Of a DNA stretch of 33,534 nucleotides, positions 15,030 through 22,437 are shown piece after piece. Made by a program: the position numbers and the translations under genes. Under the pieces are notes generated by a model. That model saw only the letters and a list, made by a program, of their open reading frames with translations. It was not told the origin of the DNA and searched no databases. The DNA comes from Nitrospirota bacterium (GTDB lineage: Bacteria; Nitrospirota; Thermodesulfovibrionia; Thermodesulfovibrionales; JdFR-85). The stretch spans positions 1-33,534 of the forward strand of contig WFTX01000073.1 in NCBI GenBank assembly GCA_015485235.1. Reading direction: 5' to 3'. Every line of letters begins with the position of its first letter. The stretch's first letter is position 1.

Positions 15030-15395
15030 TTGTACAGGGATTTCAGAGAAATGCCAGTCTGGCAAACAGCGATGCAGGTAGCAACAGAAATTTATGAATT
15101 GACAGAAGAATTACCCCGTAAGGAGGATTTTTGCTATACAACACAGATAAGGAAGGCTGCCCTGAGTATCCCGGCCAATATTGCAGAGGCATTTGGTCGT
15201 GAGCATAGTAAAGATAAAATTAACTTTTATTATTTTGCCAGGGGTTCGATAATGGAAACCATCAGTCACCTGGAGTACGGAAAGAGAGTTAATTATTTAA
15301 GTGAAGAAAGTGTCAGATCAATAAGTAATTTGCTTGAAACACTGGCTGCAGACCTGAACAAGTTGATAAAATCTCTAAGAAGTAATAAAGGGTGA
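15030..15395 (+). CDS. four-helix-bundle protein (TIGR02436 / 23S_rRNA_IVP family; Avd-like), TTG start
   Basis: The N-terminus YRDFREMPVWQTAMQVATEIYELT matches the family's YxDLxVWQKA-type start, which supports the TTG at 15030. Further matches: IRKAALSIPANIAEAFGR, FYYFARGSIMETISHLEY. Confidence 0.85.
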   Translation: MYRDFREMPVWQTAMQVATEIYELTEELPRKEDFCYTTQIRKAALSIPANIAEAFGREHSKDKINFYYFARGSIMETISHLEYGKRVNYLSEESVRSISNLLETLAADLNKLIKSLRSNKG

Positions 15396-15399
15396 TAGC

Positions 15400-16518
15400 A
15401 TGAGAAATTGTATTCATCATATACCAGTGAAACTTTCAACTTCTGCCGTTACCTTTTTCCTCTCCTTAACCTCAACCTTAACCTCAACCTTGGCCTTAAC
15501 CTTGGCCTCAACCTTGGCCTTAACCTTCGGTTTATTCTCCTGCTCTCCCCCGGTCCACCACGCCCAGATTGATGATTCTTACAGGGGAAAGCTCGTCTGG
15601 CCGCCACCACCTGAGAAGCCCCGGATAGAGTATCTCTGGTCCTTTTACAAGTTTCTGCCGGAAGGCAGAAACCTTGCCGACTATGTGGCAGGTGAACAGG
15701 GCGGCCTTGATGATCCGGCAACACTGCCCTATCTGATGAGACCGTTCTCGCTTTTTGTCAGAGAAGGCAGGATATATATTGTCGATCAGGGCCCTCCCCG
15801 GATTACAGTGCTAAATATGAAGACAAGGGAGGTGTCTCACTTCGGGGTTTCCGGTGAAGGCAAACTTGTTTTTCCAGTGGGCATAGTGGTTGGTGCCGAT
15901 GGGACCGTATATGTGAGCGATGCTGAGACAGGCAGGGTGAACAGGTATGACCGGCAGGGGAAGTTTATCGGATATCTCCCGGAAAAGATGGCATTCAGGA
16001 GACCGACAGGCCTCGGGATTGATTCTGAAGGCAATATCTATGTTGCCGATACATCAGCACACAGGATAAGGATATATTCACCGGACGGGAAACTTATCAG
16101 AAAGTTTGGTAAAAGGGGCAGCAAGGACGGGGAACTGAACTTTCCCACTCACCTCTGGGTCAAGGGTGAAAAGATATATGTCACAGATGCGATGAATTTC
16201 CGTATCCAGATATTCAACAAAGAAGGGCAGTTCCTGGGGAAGTTCGGACAACCCGGTGATACCTATGCCGATCTTGAAAGGCCCAAGGGTGTTGCAGTTG
16301 ACTCCTTTGGCCATATCTATGTGGTTGATACCCTTCAGGCAAGGGTGAAGATCTTTGACGAAAAGGGGAGGATCCTGCTCTTCTTCGGGGAAGAGGGCCG
16401 TTCCCCCGGAAAGTTCATAATGCCTGCTGGCATATTTATAGATGACAGTAATACAATATATGTTGCAGATACTTACAATATGAGGGTCCAGGCATTCAGG
16501 CTGCTGGACGGGAAGTAA
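15400..16518 (+). CDS. NHL-repeat lipoprotein, paralog 3; signal-peptide h-region encoded by a reversed M1 simple repeat
   Basis: The lipobox is TFGLFSC|S and the VWPPPPEKPRI motif follows. NHL repeats include PVGIVVGADGTVYVSDAETGRVNRY, PTGLGIDSEGNIYVADTSAHRIRIY, PKGVAVDSFGHIYVVDTLQARVKIF and PAGIFIDDSNTIYVADTYNMRVQAF. Residues LSLTSTLTSTLALTLASTLALT are translated from 15461-15538. Confidence 0.88.
   Translation: MRNCIHHIPVKLSTSAVTFFLSLTSTLTSTLALTLASTLALTFGLFSCSPPVHHAQIDDSYRGKLVWPPPPEKPRIEYLWSFYKFLPEGRNLADYVAGEQGGLDDPATLPYLMRPFSLFVREGRIYIVDQGPPRITVLNMKTREVSHFGVSGEGKLVFPVGIVVGADGTVYVSDAETGRVNRYDRQGKFIGYLPEKMAFRRPTGLGIDSEGNIYVADTSAHRIRIYSPDGKLIRKFGKRGSKDGELNFPTHLWVKGEKIYVTDAMNFRIQIFNKEGQFLGKFGQPGDTYADLERPKGVAVDSFGHIYVVDTLQARVKIFDEKGRILLFFGEEGRSPGKFIMPAGIFIDDSNTIYVADTYNMRVQAFRLLDGK
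15461..15538 (-). repeat. reversed GGTTGAGG-type module (M1); right inverted arm of four-helix-bundle cassette 2, lying inside the NHL paralog 3 ORF
   Basis: The sequence ctccttaacctcaaccttaacctcaaccttggccttaaccttggcctcaaccttggccttaaccttcgg has 6-nt periodicity. It is complementary to M1 copies at 15001, 13841, 16521 and 17496. Confidence 0.85.
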
Positions 16519-16520
16519 TT

Positions 16521-16671
16521 TTAAGGTTGAGGTTGAGGTCAAGAGCGTGTAGCATGAAGCGGGTAGCGTATGGCGTGCGGGAAGATGGACAGATTTAAGT
16601 CCGTGTCCAGGGAGTTTGGAATTTTGGTATTTGAAAATTGTTTAGAATTTAGAGAGTAGGATTTAGAAATT
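16521..16671 (+). repeat. intergenic modular repeat, copy E (M1 - M3 - M2-like - M4)
   Basis: The module sequences are ttaaggttgaggttgaggtcaagag, gcgtgtagcatgaagcgggtagcgtatggcgtgcggg, gacagatttaagtccgtgtccaggg and gtttggaattttggtatttgaaaattgtttagaatttagagagtaggatttagaaatt. Confidence 0.8.
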
Positions 16672-16692
16672 CCCATAGTGAGGTGTAAGTTA

Positions 16693-17481
16693 ATGAAGAA
16701 GGTGGTTAGCGCTGTTGTTACAGTGATTTTCATACTCTCGGTTGCGGTCGTGGTATGGGCCGGTATTGCAAATACAAAGCATAACCTCTCAGTAACCGGG
16801 CCGGGAACTATAAAGGCAGTAAGTGAGACGAGGATCTGTGTCTTCTGTCATACACCCCACGGTGCAAGCCCTGCAAGGCCCCTCTGGAACCATACATTGA
16901 GTTCCCAGACGTATACACTGCCTACTTCTTCAGACCCACAGTGGTCCAATCTCCTCACTACGGTCCAGCAGCCTGACGGGGACACAAGGCTCTGTCTGAG
17001 CTGTCACGACGGTACAGTGGCTATAGGTTCGGTAGTGAACCTTCCCGGTCCGGCAGGTGGCGCCGGTACAATATCCATGCAGGGTACAGCCGGTGGTCTC
17101 ATGCCACCAGCTGCTTATGGTTTTATAGGAACCGATCTCTCCGGCACACACCCCGTTTCCATTGCGATGAATGATGCCTTGATCAATGACAAGAATGCCT
17201 GCACACAGACCGGAGCTTACACGCTACAGTACCCTCCTGGAGGAGGGGCCGTCAGGCTGAGGCCAACGAGCAACACCTATAACGGTCAGCCCGGACAGTT
17301 GATAACTACTCCAACTGGTTTTACATACAATGGAGGGGTTCAGTGTACTTCGTGTCATGATCCCCATATTGAAACAACGGATTTCCTTGTCCTTGGTACA
17401 GGAAGTCCTGATCCCACAAAGGGGCATCCAGGCAACTGGTCTGCCCTGTGTGATACGTGTCACCCGGGTACATGTCCGTGA
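16693..17481 (+). CDS. small secreted tetrahaem c-type cytochrome, paralog B
   Basis: GTGAGGTG lies about 8 nt before the ATG at 16693. The signal is MKKVVSAVVTVIFILSVAVVVWA|G. Four CXXCH motifs: CVFCH, CLSCH, CTSCH, CDTCH. It shares the blocks KHNLS, CVFCHTPHGA, PLWN, CLSCHDG, NLPGPAGG, HPVS and CTSCHDPH with paralogs A and C. Confidence 0.92.
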   Translation: MKKVVSAVVTVIFILSVAVVVWAGIANTKHNLSVTGPGTIKAVSETRICVFCHTPHGASPARPLWNHTLSSQTYTLPTSSDPQWSNLLTTVQQPDGDTRLCLSCHDGTVAIGSVVNLPGPAGGAGTISMQGTAGGLMPPAAYGFIGTDLSGTHPVSIAMNDALINDKNACTQTGAYTLQYPPGGGAVRLRPTSNTYNGQPGQLITTPTGFTYNGGVQCTSCHDPHIETTDFLVLGTGSPDPTKGHPGNWSALCDTCHPGTCP

Positions 17482-17495
17482 GGGGGGAGAAGATA

Positions 17496-17627
17496 GGGTG
17501 AGGTCAAGGTCGAGGTTGAGGTTGAGGTCGAGGTTGAGGTTGAGGAGAATCTGTGATGGTCGGTTTGTTTCAGTGTCATCTGTGTGCTATTTGGTTTAGG
17601 ATTTAGATATTCGGATTTAGGATTTCT
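17496..17627 (+). repeat. intergenic modular repeat, copy F (long M1 - M2 - M4)
   Basis: M1 is gggtgaggtcaaggtcgaggttgaggttgaggtcgaggttgaggttgaggag, with nine GG dinucleotides at 6-nt spacing. It is followed by gaatctgtgatggtcggtttgtttcagtgtcatctgtgtgc and tatttggtttaggatttagatattcggatttaggatttc. Confidence 0.8.
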
Positions 17628-17647
17628 AAAAGATCGGGGTATTTGAT

Positions 17648-18637
17648 ATGAAAAAAGCAATCAAAACAGTACTGCTGACAATAGCTGCTTTCATTATGGC
17701 TTCTTCAGGGATCAGGGCTGAGACTCCTACCCATCTCAATGGTTTCAAGGTAAAGTTTACCTGTGCAGCATGCCATAGCGGTCATGGTAAAAGAGGAACC
17801 CCGATGCTGCGGGAAGATGTCCCGGACCTTTGCTACGAATGTCACGGTCCTTCGGGTTACGCCTACTTTAATACTTCCAATGAGGTTTATTATGAATTCC
17901 TGAAGAGATACCGGCATCCTGTTGAAGAGACTGGAAGGTACCACAGACAGACTGAGATACTTCCGGAAAGGGAAAGGCTGGTTGAGAGACATGTGAGCTG
18001 CCTTGACTGTCATAATCCGCATGTTTCAACACCATCCGAGCCTAATGCCGGAGTCCCCGGTGAATCTCTGAACCGGATAAGGCAAAAGCCGGCGGAGAAT
18101 ATAAACGATATATGTTTCAAGTGCCATTCCGACAACTTGAATAGACCACCATCAAGCCTTGATGTCAAAGAAGAATTTGATACTTTAAATCCCTCATACC
18201 ATCCGGTACTGGGGGTTTCGAGAGGAAGGAGCGTAAGCGTTCTGCCTGAGCTGAAGGGAAAAACCATAGGATGTACAGACTGCCATACCCCCCATGGCTC
18301 GGATTATGAGGATATGCTTAGATACAATTATAACCGCTCAGATGGACCGGAAACAGCTTTTTCCTATGCACTGTGCTACCAATGTCACAAGAGAGATAAT
18401 ATACTTGGAGATCGGGGATTCAGCCAGCACAGGAGGCATATAGTTTTTGAAAACGCATCTTGCAGGGCCTGTCACATTGCCCATGGCAGCAGTGAAAATG
18501 CGAGGCTCATAGGCTTTGACCCTGCCATAGTTACTCCCAACTCACAGGGCATGCTTCTTTATGAAAGAATCGGAGGTGAAAGTCGTTGTTTCCTTCGCTG
18601 TCACGACACGGACCACAGGGGTGATAAGATCCAATAG
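17648..18637 (+). CDS. octahaem c-type cytochrome (7 CXXCH + 1 CX3CH), periplasmic-type
   Basis: The signal is MKKAIKTVLLTIAAFIMASSGIRA|E. Haem motifs are CAACH, CYECH, CLDCH, CFKCH, CTDCH, CYQCH, CRACH and the atypical CFLRCH at 18587-18604. Spacing between motifs is of the doubled-CXXCH type. Confidence 0.92.
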   Translation: MKKAIKTVLLTIAAFIMASSGIRAETPTHLNGFKVKFTCAACHSGHGKRGTPMLREDVPDLCYECHGPSGYAYFNTSNEVYYEFLKRYRHPVEETGRYHRQTEILPERERLVERHVSCLDCHNPHVSTPSEPNAGVPGESLNRIRQKPAENINDICFKCHSDNLNRPPSSLDVKEEFDTLNPSYHPVLGVSRGRSVSVLPELKGKTIGCTDCHTPHGSDYEDMLRYNYNRSDGPETAFSYALCYQCHKRDNILGDRGFSQHRRHIVFENASCRACHIAHGSSENARLIGFDPAIVTPNSQGMLLYERIGGESRCFLRCHDTDHRGDKIQ

Positions 18638-18798
18638 GGGGATAAAATATACGGGATTTCACCCATGGCTGAGTATTATCACACACTCACAGGAGAGAAT
18701 ATCTCAGGCTCCATATACCGTGAGACTTGCAATGTTTCCGGCACCGGAACTCGCCGGATGAATGAAATTTAATCTTTTTCAGGAAAAATATTTCTATA

Positions 18799-18830
18799 TC
18801 AGTTAGTTAGTCAAGAGATTAACTAACTGA
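18799..18830. promoter_or_regulatory. 32-bp near-perfect palindrome, candidate enhancer-binding-protein UAS for the sigma-54 promoter at 18891
   Basis: tcagttagtta-gtcaagagat-taactaactga has perfect 11-nt arms. Its centre lies about 75 bp upstream of the -24 element. Confidence 0.45.
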
Positions 18831-18890
18831 GCAAAGGTGGCACTCTTTGAGTATGCTAATTTTTTATGTTTTTACCAGATGTTAAGTGCC

Positions 18891-18906
18891 TGGCATAAAG
18901 TTTGCT
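18891..18906 (+). promoter_or_regulatory. sigma-54 (-24/-12) promoter for the tetrahaem C / giant cytochrome operon
   Basis: TGGCAT-aaagt-TTGCT fits TGGCAY-N5-TTGCW. It lies about 75 nt upstream of the ATG at 18981. A tandem tttgtatatg x2 (18927-18946) sits in the predicted leader. Confidence 0.7.
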
Positions 18907-18980
18907 TTCTAATCTTACAGGCATACTTTTGTATATGTTTGTATATGACTGTTTCATGATAATTTAAGGAGGATATCGAG

Positions 18981-19691
18981 ATGAGAAGGAAGAAGATGTT
19001 AGAGAGGGCCCTGATCCTGACAGTGACTGTCTTCCTGGCTGTTTTGTTTCCATTACAGTCCTACGGTGGAGTGGCCGGCAGCAAGCATGATTTTTCAATT
19101 ACCGGCTCAAGTAACTTCAGCGGCACCTTCACCGGCGACGATGATGAGGTCTGCGTTTACTGTCATACCCCTCACGGTGCCCTCGGCTCACAGACCCCAC
19201 TATGGAACAAGGCGCTGACATTCAACAATGGCTTTACCATGTACAGCAGTTCTACCATGGATGCCACTGTACCGGGTCAGCCTTCCACGATATCCCTCCT
19301 TTGTCTCAGCTGCCATGATGGTATAGGTGCAATAAATGCAGTGCTTAATGCGCCTGGCCCCGGTGGTTCAATTACCGCCACTGGTGCTGACCAGATCGGA
19401 GACCTCGGTCCAATAGGAGACAGAATTAATATAGGCGGAGGGGATCCCGCAGCTCCCGGTCCGGTTGACCTGAGCAATGACCATCCTGTCTCAATACAAT
19501 GGGCACAGAGGGGGCCGGGTTTTTATGCCACACCCCAGGATCCAAGGCTTGTTCTTTATAACGGCCAGACTGTGGAGTGCACTACCTGCCATGATCCGCA
19601 TAACGGGACACCCTTTAACGCTGGAGAAGATGCATTCCTGAGGATGTCAAACCAGGGGAGCGCCATGTGTCTCTCCTGTCACATAAAATAA
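18981..19691 (+). CDS. small secreted tetrahaem c-type cytochrome, paralog C
   Basis: AAGGAGG lies 8 nt upstream of the start. The signal ends LFPLQSYG|GVAGSKHDFS. Four CXXCH motifs: CVYCH, CLSCH, CTTCH, CLSCH. It carries the same conserved blocks as paralogs A and B. Confidence 0.92.
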   Translation: MRRKKMLERALILTVTVFLAVLFPLQSYGGVAGSKHDFSITGSSNFSGTFTGDDDEVCVYCHTPHGALGSQTPLWNKALTFNNGFTMYSSSTMDATVPGQPSTISLLCLSCHDGIGAINAVLNAPGPGGSITATGADQIGDLGPIGDRINIGGGDPAAPGPVDLSNDHPVSIQWAQRGPGFYATPQDPRLVLYNGQTVECTTCHDPHNGTPFNAGEDAFLRMSNQGSAMCLSCHIK

Positions 19692-19752
19692 GTGAGTGAA
19701 ATCACGCAAATTGGGTAATTATACACAACAGGATTATTTAAGGAGGAAGAAG

Positions 19753-22422
19753 ATGGGCAAGAGCAAGAAAAGGCTGATGCAATTTCTGGTTGTACTGGCC
19801 GTTTTTTTAATGGCCGGGCTGGCCATTGCGGCTGATACTTATATTGGATCTGTTGATGTGCAGATGCCTTCAGACCTGGCAATTACCTCAGATGGCGGTT
19901 TTATCGTGGGTTCCAGCAAGATAGGGGGGGTGCTGGAGTTTGGTCCGTCTGGTGACCTTGAAGGAAGTAAAAATCTTGGTTTCAACCCTTCTGCTCTTGC
20001 CATAAGCCCATCGGGCAAAATATATGTAGGTATTGGGAAGTTTTCTGACCGGACTCCTGCGGACGGTAATACTCTTCTTGGTGAGGTCAGGGTATATGAC
20101 AGCGGTTACAACTATCTGTTCAGTCTGGGCTCAGGTGCAGGGGAGTTCGTCAATCCCGTCGATATAGCGATTGATCAGACGGGCCTTGCCTATGTTGTCG
20201 ATACTGCCTATGATGGTGTAAGGGTCTATAACACTGATGGAAGTTTTGCCTATTCTCTGTGGACAGACGGCTCCCTGAATATGCCTCTTGCAATCGGGAT
20301 AGACGATGCTACAGGAGAGATATATGTTGCAGACAGGCCCTTTGTGGCAGACAGCCATGGGGGGCTGGTCCCATCTGCCCGTGTACAGGCCTTTTCTGCT
20401 GATGGACAGTTCCTCCGGCTGATAACGATGAATGCCGACATGAGTGTTATTACGGAGGATGAGATAGCTCACCCTACAGATGTGGTTCCTTATCAGGGAA
20501 AGATGTATGTTACCGATACCCTTCAGAATGTAGTTCAGGTATACGATGCTTCTACTGGAAACTGGCTCTATGCCCTCTATGATGACCCGGCTATCTCAAT
20601 GAGGGTTCCTGTTTCAGCTGCAGTATCAGGAGATGGAATCCTGTATGTCTCTGCAGCTGTCTCTGACAGGGTTTACGAATTCGGTCTTGGTTCGTATGTG
20701 GCCTTTTCCGTGACGCCTTCGGCACTCTCATTCAGTGTTCCTGCAGGTCAGACCCTGCCGTCGCAGGATGTCACGGTAAGCAATGACGGAACCGGACAGC
20801 TCAGCTGGACCGCTTCAGCAGATCAGACATGGATAGTTCTTGGTTCTTCGTCCGGTCTCGTTGATGCCGGAGCAACGGCTACCCTGTCTGTAGGTATAGA
20901 CACCGCAGGACTTGCTCCCGGTGATTACACCGGTACTGTAACGGTTTCTTCGGCAGGTGGAACCAGCCATGCTGTCTCAGTCACCCTTACGGTAACACCG
21001 CCGCCCATTCTCTCCGTTACCCCATCACAGTTGAATTTTACCGCTGAAGAGGGTGGTTCCAGCCCGGCCTCCCAGGGGCTTGTAGTGAGCCTGACGAATG
21101 CCGGTCCGAACTCCTTCTGGAGTGCTTCCTCGGATGCCGCCTGGCTCAGTTTCAATCCTGTTCAGGCAGGTGCTGGTTCAACGGATGTATTTGTGAATGT
21201 CGATATCTCAGGCCTTGCTGCAGGTACATACACCGGCCATATCAGTTTTGAGTCGGCCGGGGCAGATGGTTCACCTGCCGTTGTGACTGTCGTGCTTGAT
21301 ATCGTCAACACCACTGTAGTAACGGTGACCACCAACCTTGCCGATGCAACATTCACCATAACCGGACCTGCCGACTACTCCGGTTCGGGTACCTCATGGA
21401 CTGTAACAGGTGCACCGGCAGGTGAGTATACTATCACCTATGGTGATGTGGCCGGATACAGGACTCCCGCCCCGGAGACGCAGGTGCTCGGTGCTGGCGG
21501 AACAGTTGCCTTTAATGGCCAGTACACGAGAGTAAGGGAGAGTATTGTAAATACGAGGGAAGGTGGAAAAAAGGCCCCGACGAGGGTTAAAATAACAGAC
21601 TCCGCGGGGAATGTCCAGGCTGACTTTATAGCCTTTCCCTCTTACCGTGGTGGAGTTGATACAGTCGTTGCGGACCTCAATGGGGATGGAGTAAACGAGA
21701 TAGTGGCTTCCCTGATTGGATATCCTGTTATTGGTGTATTTGACGGATCAGGCAACAGTCTGGTTGAGAACAAGACCTTCAAGGACGGTGGGGTATCCAT
21801 AACAGTTGCTGATCTGGACGCCGACGGTGATGCTGAAGTGATAGTGGCCAACAGGAAGACTTCCATAGTCAAGGTGCTTAACTTCCTTGGCATAACAAAG
21901 AAACAACTGGGGCTCAGGTTCGTAGCCTTTCCCGGGGTAATAGCCCCCAAGACGCTGATTGCCGCAGGCGATGTGGATGCCGACGGTCAGGTCGAGATAG
22001 TAACTGTGACCGGTCCGAAGAAAGAAAGAAAGCCACTGATGAGGATATGGGGCGTGGATACAGCGGGTCCCGACTGGATCGCCGTTCTTGAATCCGAGGC
22101 GGTGCTCCCATTCGGAAGGGTCTTCGGGATAGATGTGGATGATGTTGACGGCGATGGTGTTTCCGATATCATCGTGGCAAGTGGTGCCAGGGTTGCAGGG
22201 CTAAACATTGATGGTACTCTGGCCGATATATATGTGAGAGGTTCGGGATTCCGTGATGTAAGTGCAGGTGACCCCGATGGTGACGGGAACACGGAACTGG
22301 TTGTCGGCGCAAGGGGTGGCAATGTCATGATATTCGATATGACAGGCAATCCTGAGGGTGGTTACAGGGCGTTTAAAGTGAAATCAGGCGTCAGGGTCTC
22401 GACCGGCGCATTAGGATATTAA
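19753..22422 (+). CDS. secreted multidomain protein: N-terminal NHL-like beta-propeller, central Ig-like/BACON-like and PEGA-like beta domains, C-terminal FG-GAP/VCBS (integrin-alpha-like) repeats
   Basis: AAGGAGG precedes the ATG at 19753; the listed start at 19696 lacks support. The signal is MGKSKKRLMQFLVVLAVFLMAGLAIA|A. NHL-like blades include GEFVNPVDIAIDQTGLAYVVDTAYDGVRVY and MPLAIGIDDATGEIYVAD. Ig-like units include SVTPSALSFSVPAGQTLPSQDVTVSNDGTGQLSWTASAD and LSVTPSQLNFTAEEGGSSPASQGLVVSLTN. FG-GAP calcium-loop motifs: ADLNGDGVNEIV, ADLDADGDAEVIV, GDVDADGQVEIV, DDVDGDGVSDIIV, GDPDGDGNTELVV. Confidence 0.88.
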   Translation: MGKSKKRLMQFLVVLAVFLMAGLAIAADTYIGSVDVQMPSDLAITSDGGFIVGSSKIGGVLEFGPSGDLEGSKNLGFNPSALAISPSGKIYVGIGKFSDRTPADGNTLLGEVRVYDSGYNYLFSLGSGAGEFVNPVDIAIDQTGLAYVVDTAYDGVRVYNTDGSFAYSLWTDGSLNMPLAIGIDDATGEIYVADRPFVADSHGGLVPSARVQAFSADGQFLRLITMNADMSVITEDEIAHPTDVVPYQGKMYVTDTLQNVVQVYDASTGNWLYALYDDPAISMRVPVSAAVSGDGILYVSAAVSDRVYEFGLGSYVAFSVTPSALSFSVPAGQTLPSQDVTVSNDGTGQLSWTASADQTWIVLGSSSGLVDAGATATLSVGIDTAGLAPGDYTGTVTVSSAGGTSHAVSVTLTVTPPPILSVTPSQLNFTAEEGGSSPASQGLVVSLTNAGPNSFWSASSDAAWLSFNPVQAGAGSTDVFVNVDISGLAAGTYTGHISFESAGADGSPAVVTVVLDIVNTTVVTVTTNLADATFTITGPADYSGSGTSWTVTGAPAGEYTITYGDVAGYRTPAPETQVLGAGGTVAFNGQYTRVRESIVNTREGGKKAPTRVKITDSAGNVQADFIAFPSYRGGVDTVVADLNGDGVNEIVASLIGYPVIGVFDGSGNSLVENKTFKDGGVSITVADLDADGDAEVIVANRKTSIVKVLNFLGITKKQLGLRFVAFPGVIAPKTLIAAGDVDADGQVEIVTVTGPKKERKPLMRIWGVDTAGPDWIAVLESEAVLPFGRVFGIDVDDVDGDGVSDIIVASGARVAGLNIDGTLADIYVRGSGFRDVSAGDPDGDGNTELVVGARGGNVMIFDMTGNPEGGYRAFKVKSGVRVSTGALGY

Positions 22423-22437
22423 AAGGGGGTGTTAATT

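Noticed and set aside
15449-15724. ORFs translating simple repeats (15449-15724 minus, RLRPRLRPRLRLRLRL; 17460-17660 minus, STSTSTSTST; 17330-17599 plus, RSRSRLRLRSRLRLR)
   Set aside because: These are translation artefacts of the 6-nt periodic GGTTGAGG module. They overlap real genes or spacers.
13841-17627. CRISPR array, suggested by recurring repeat blocks in successive spacers
   Set aside because: The repeats are degenerate low-complexity modules of variable length. They are separated by full-length genes rather than 30-40-nt spacers. There is no constant direct repeat unit and there are no cas genes.
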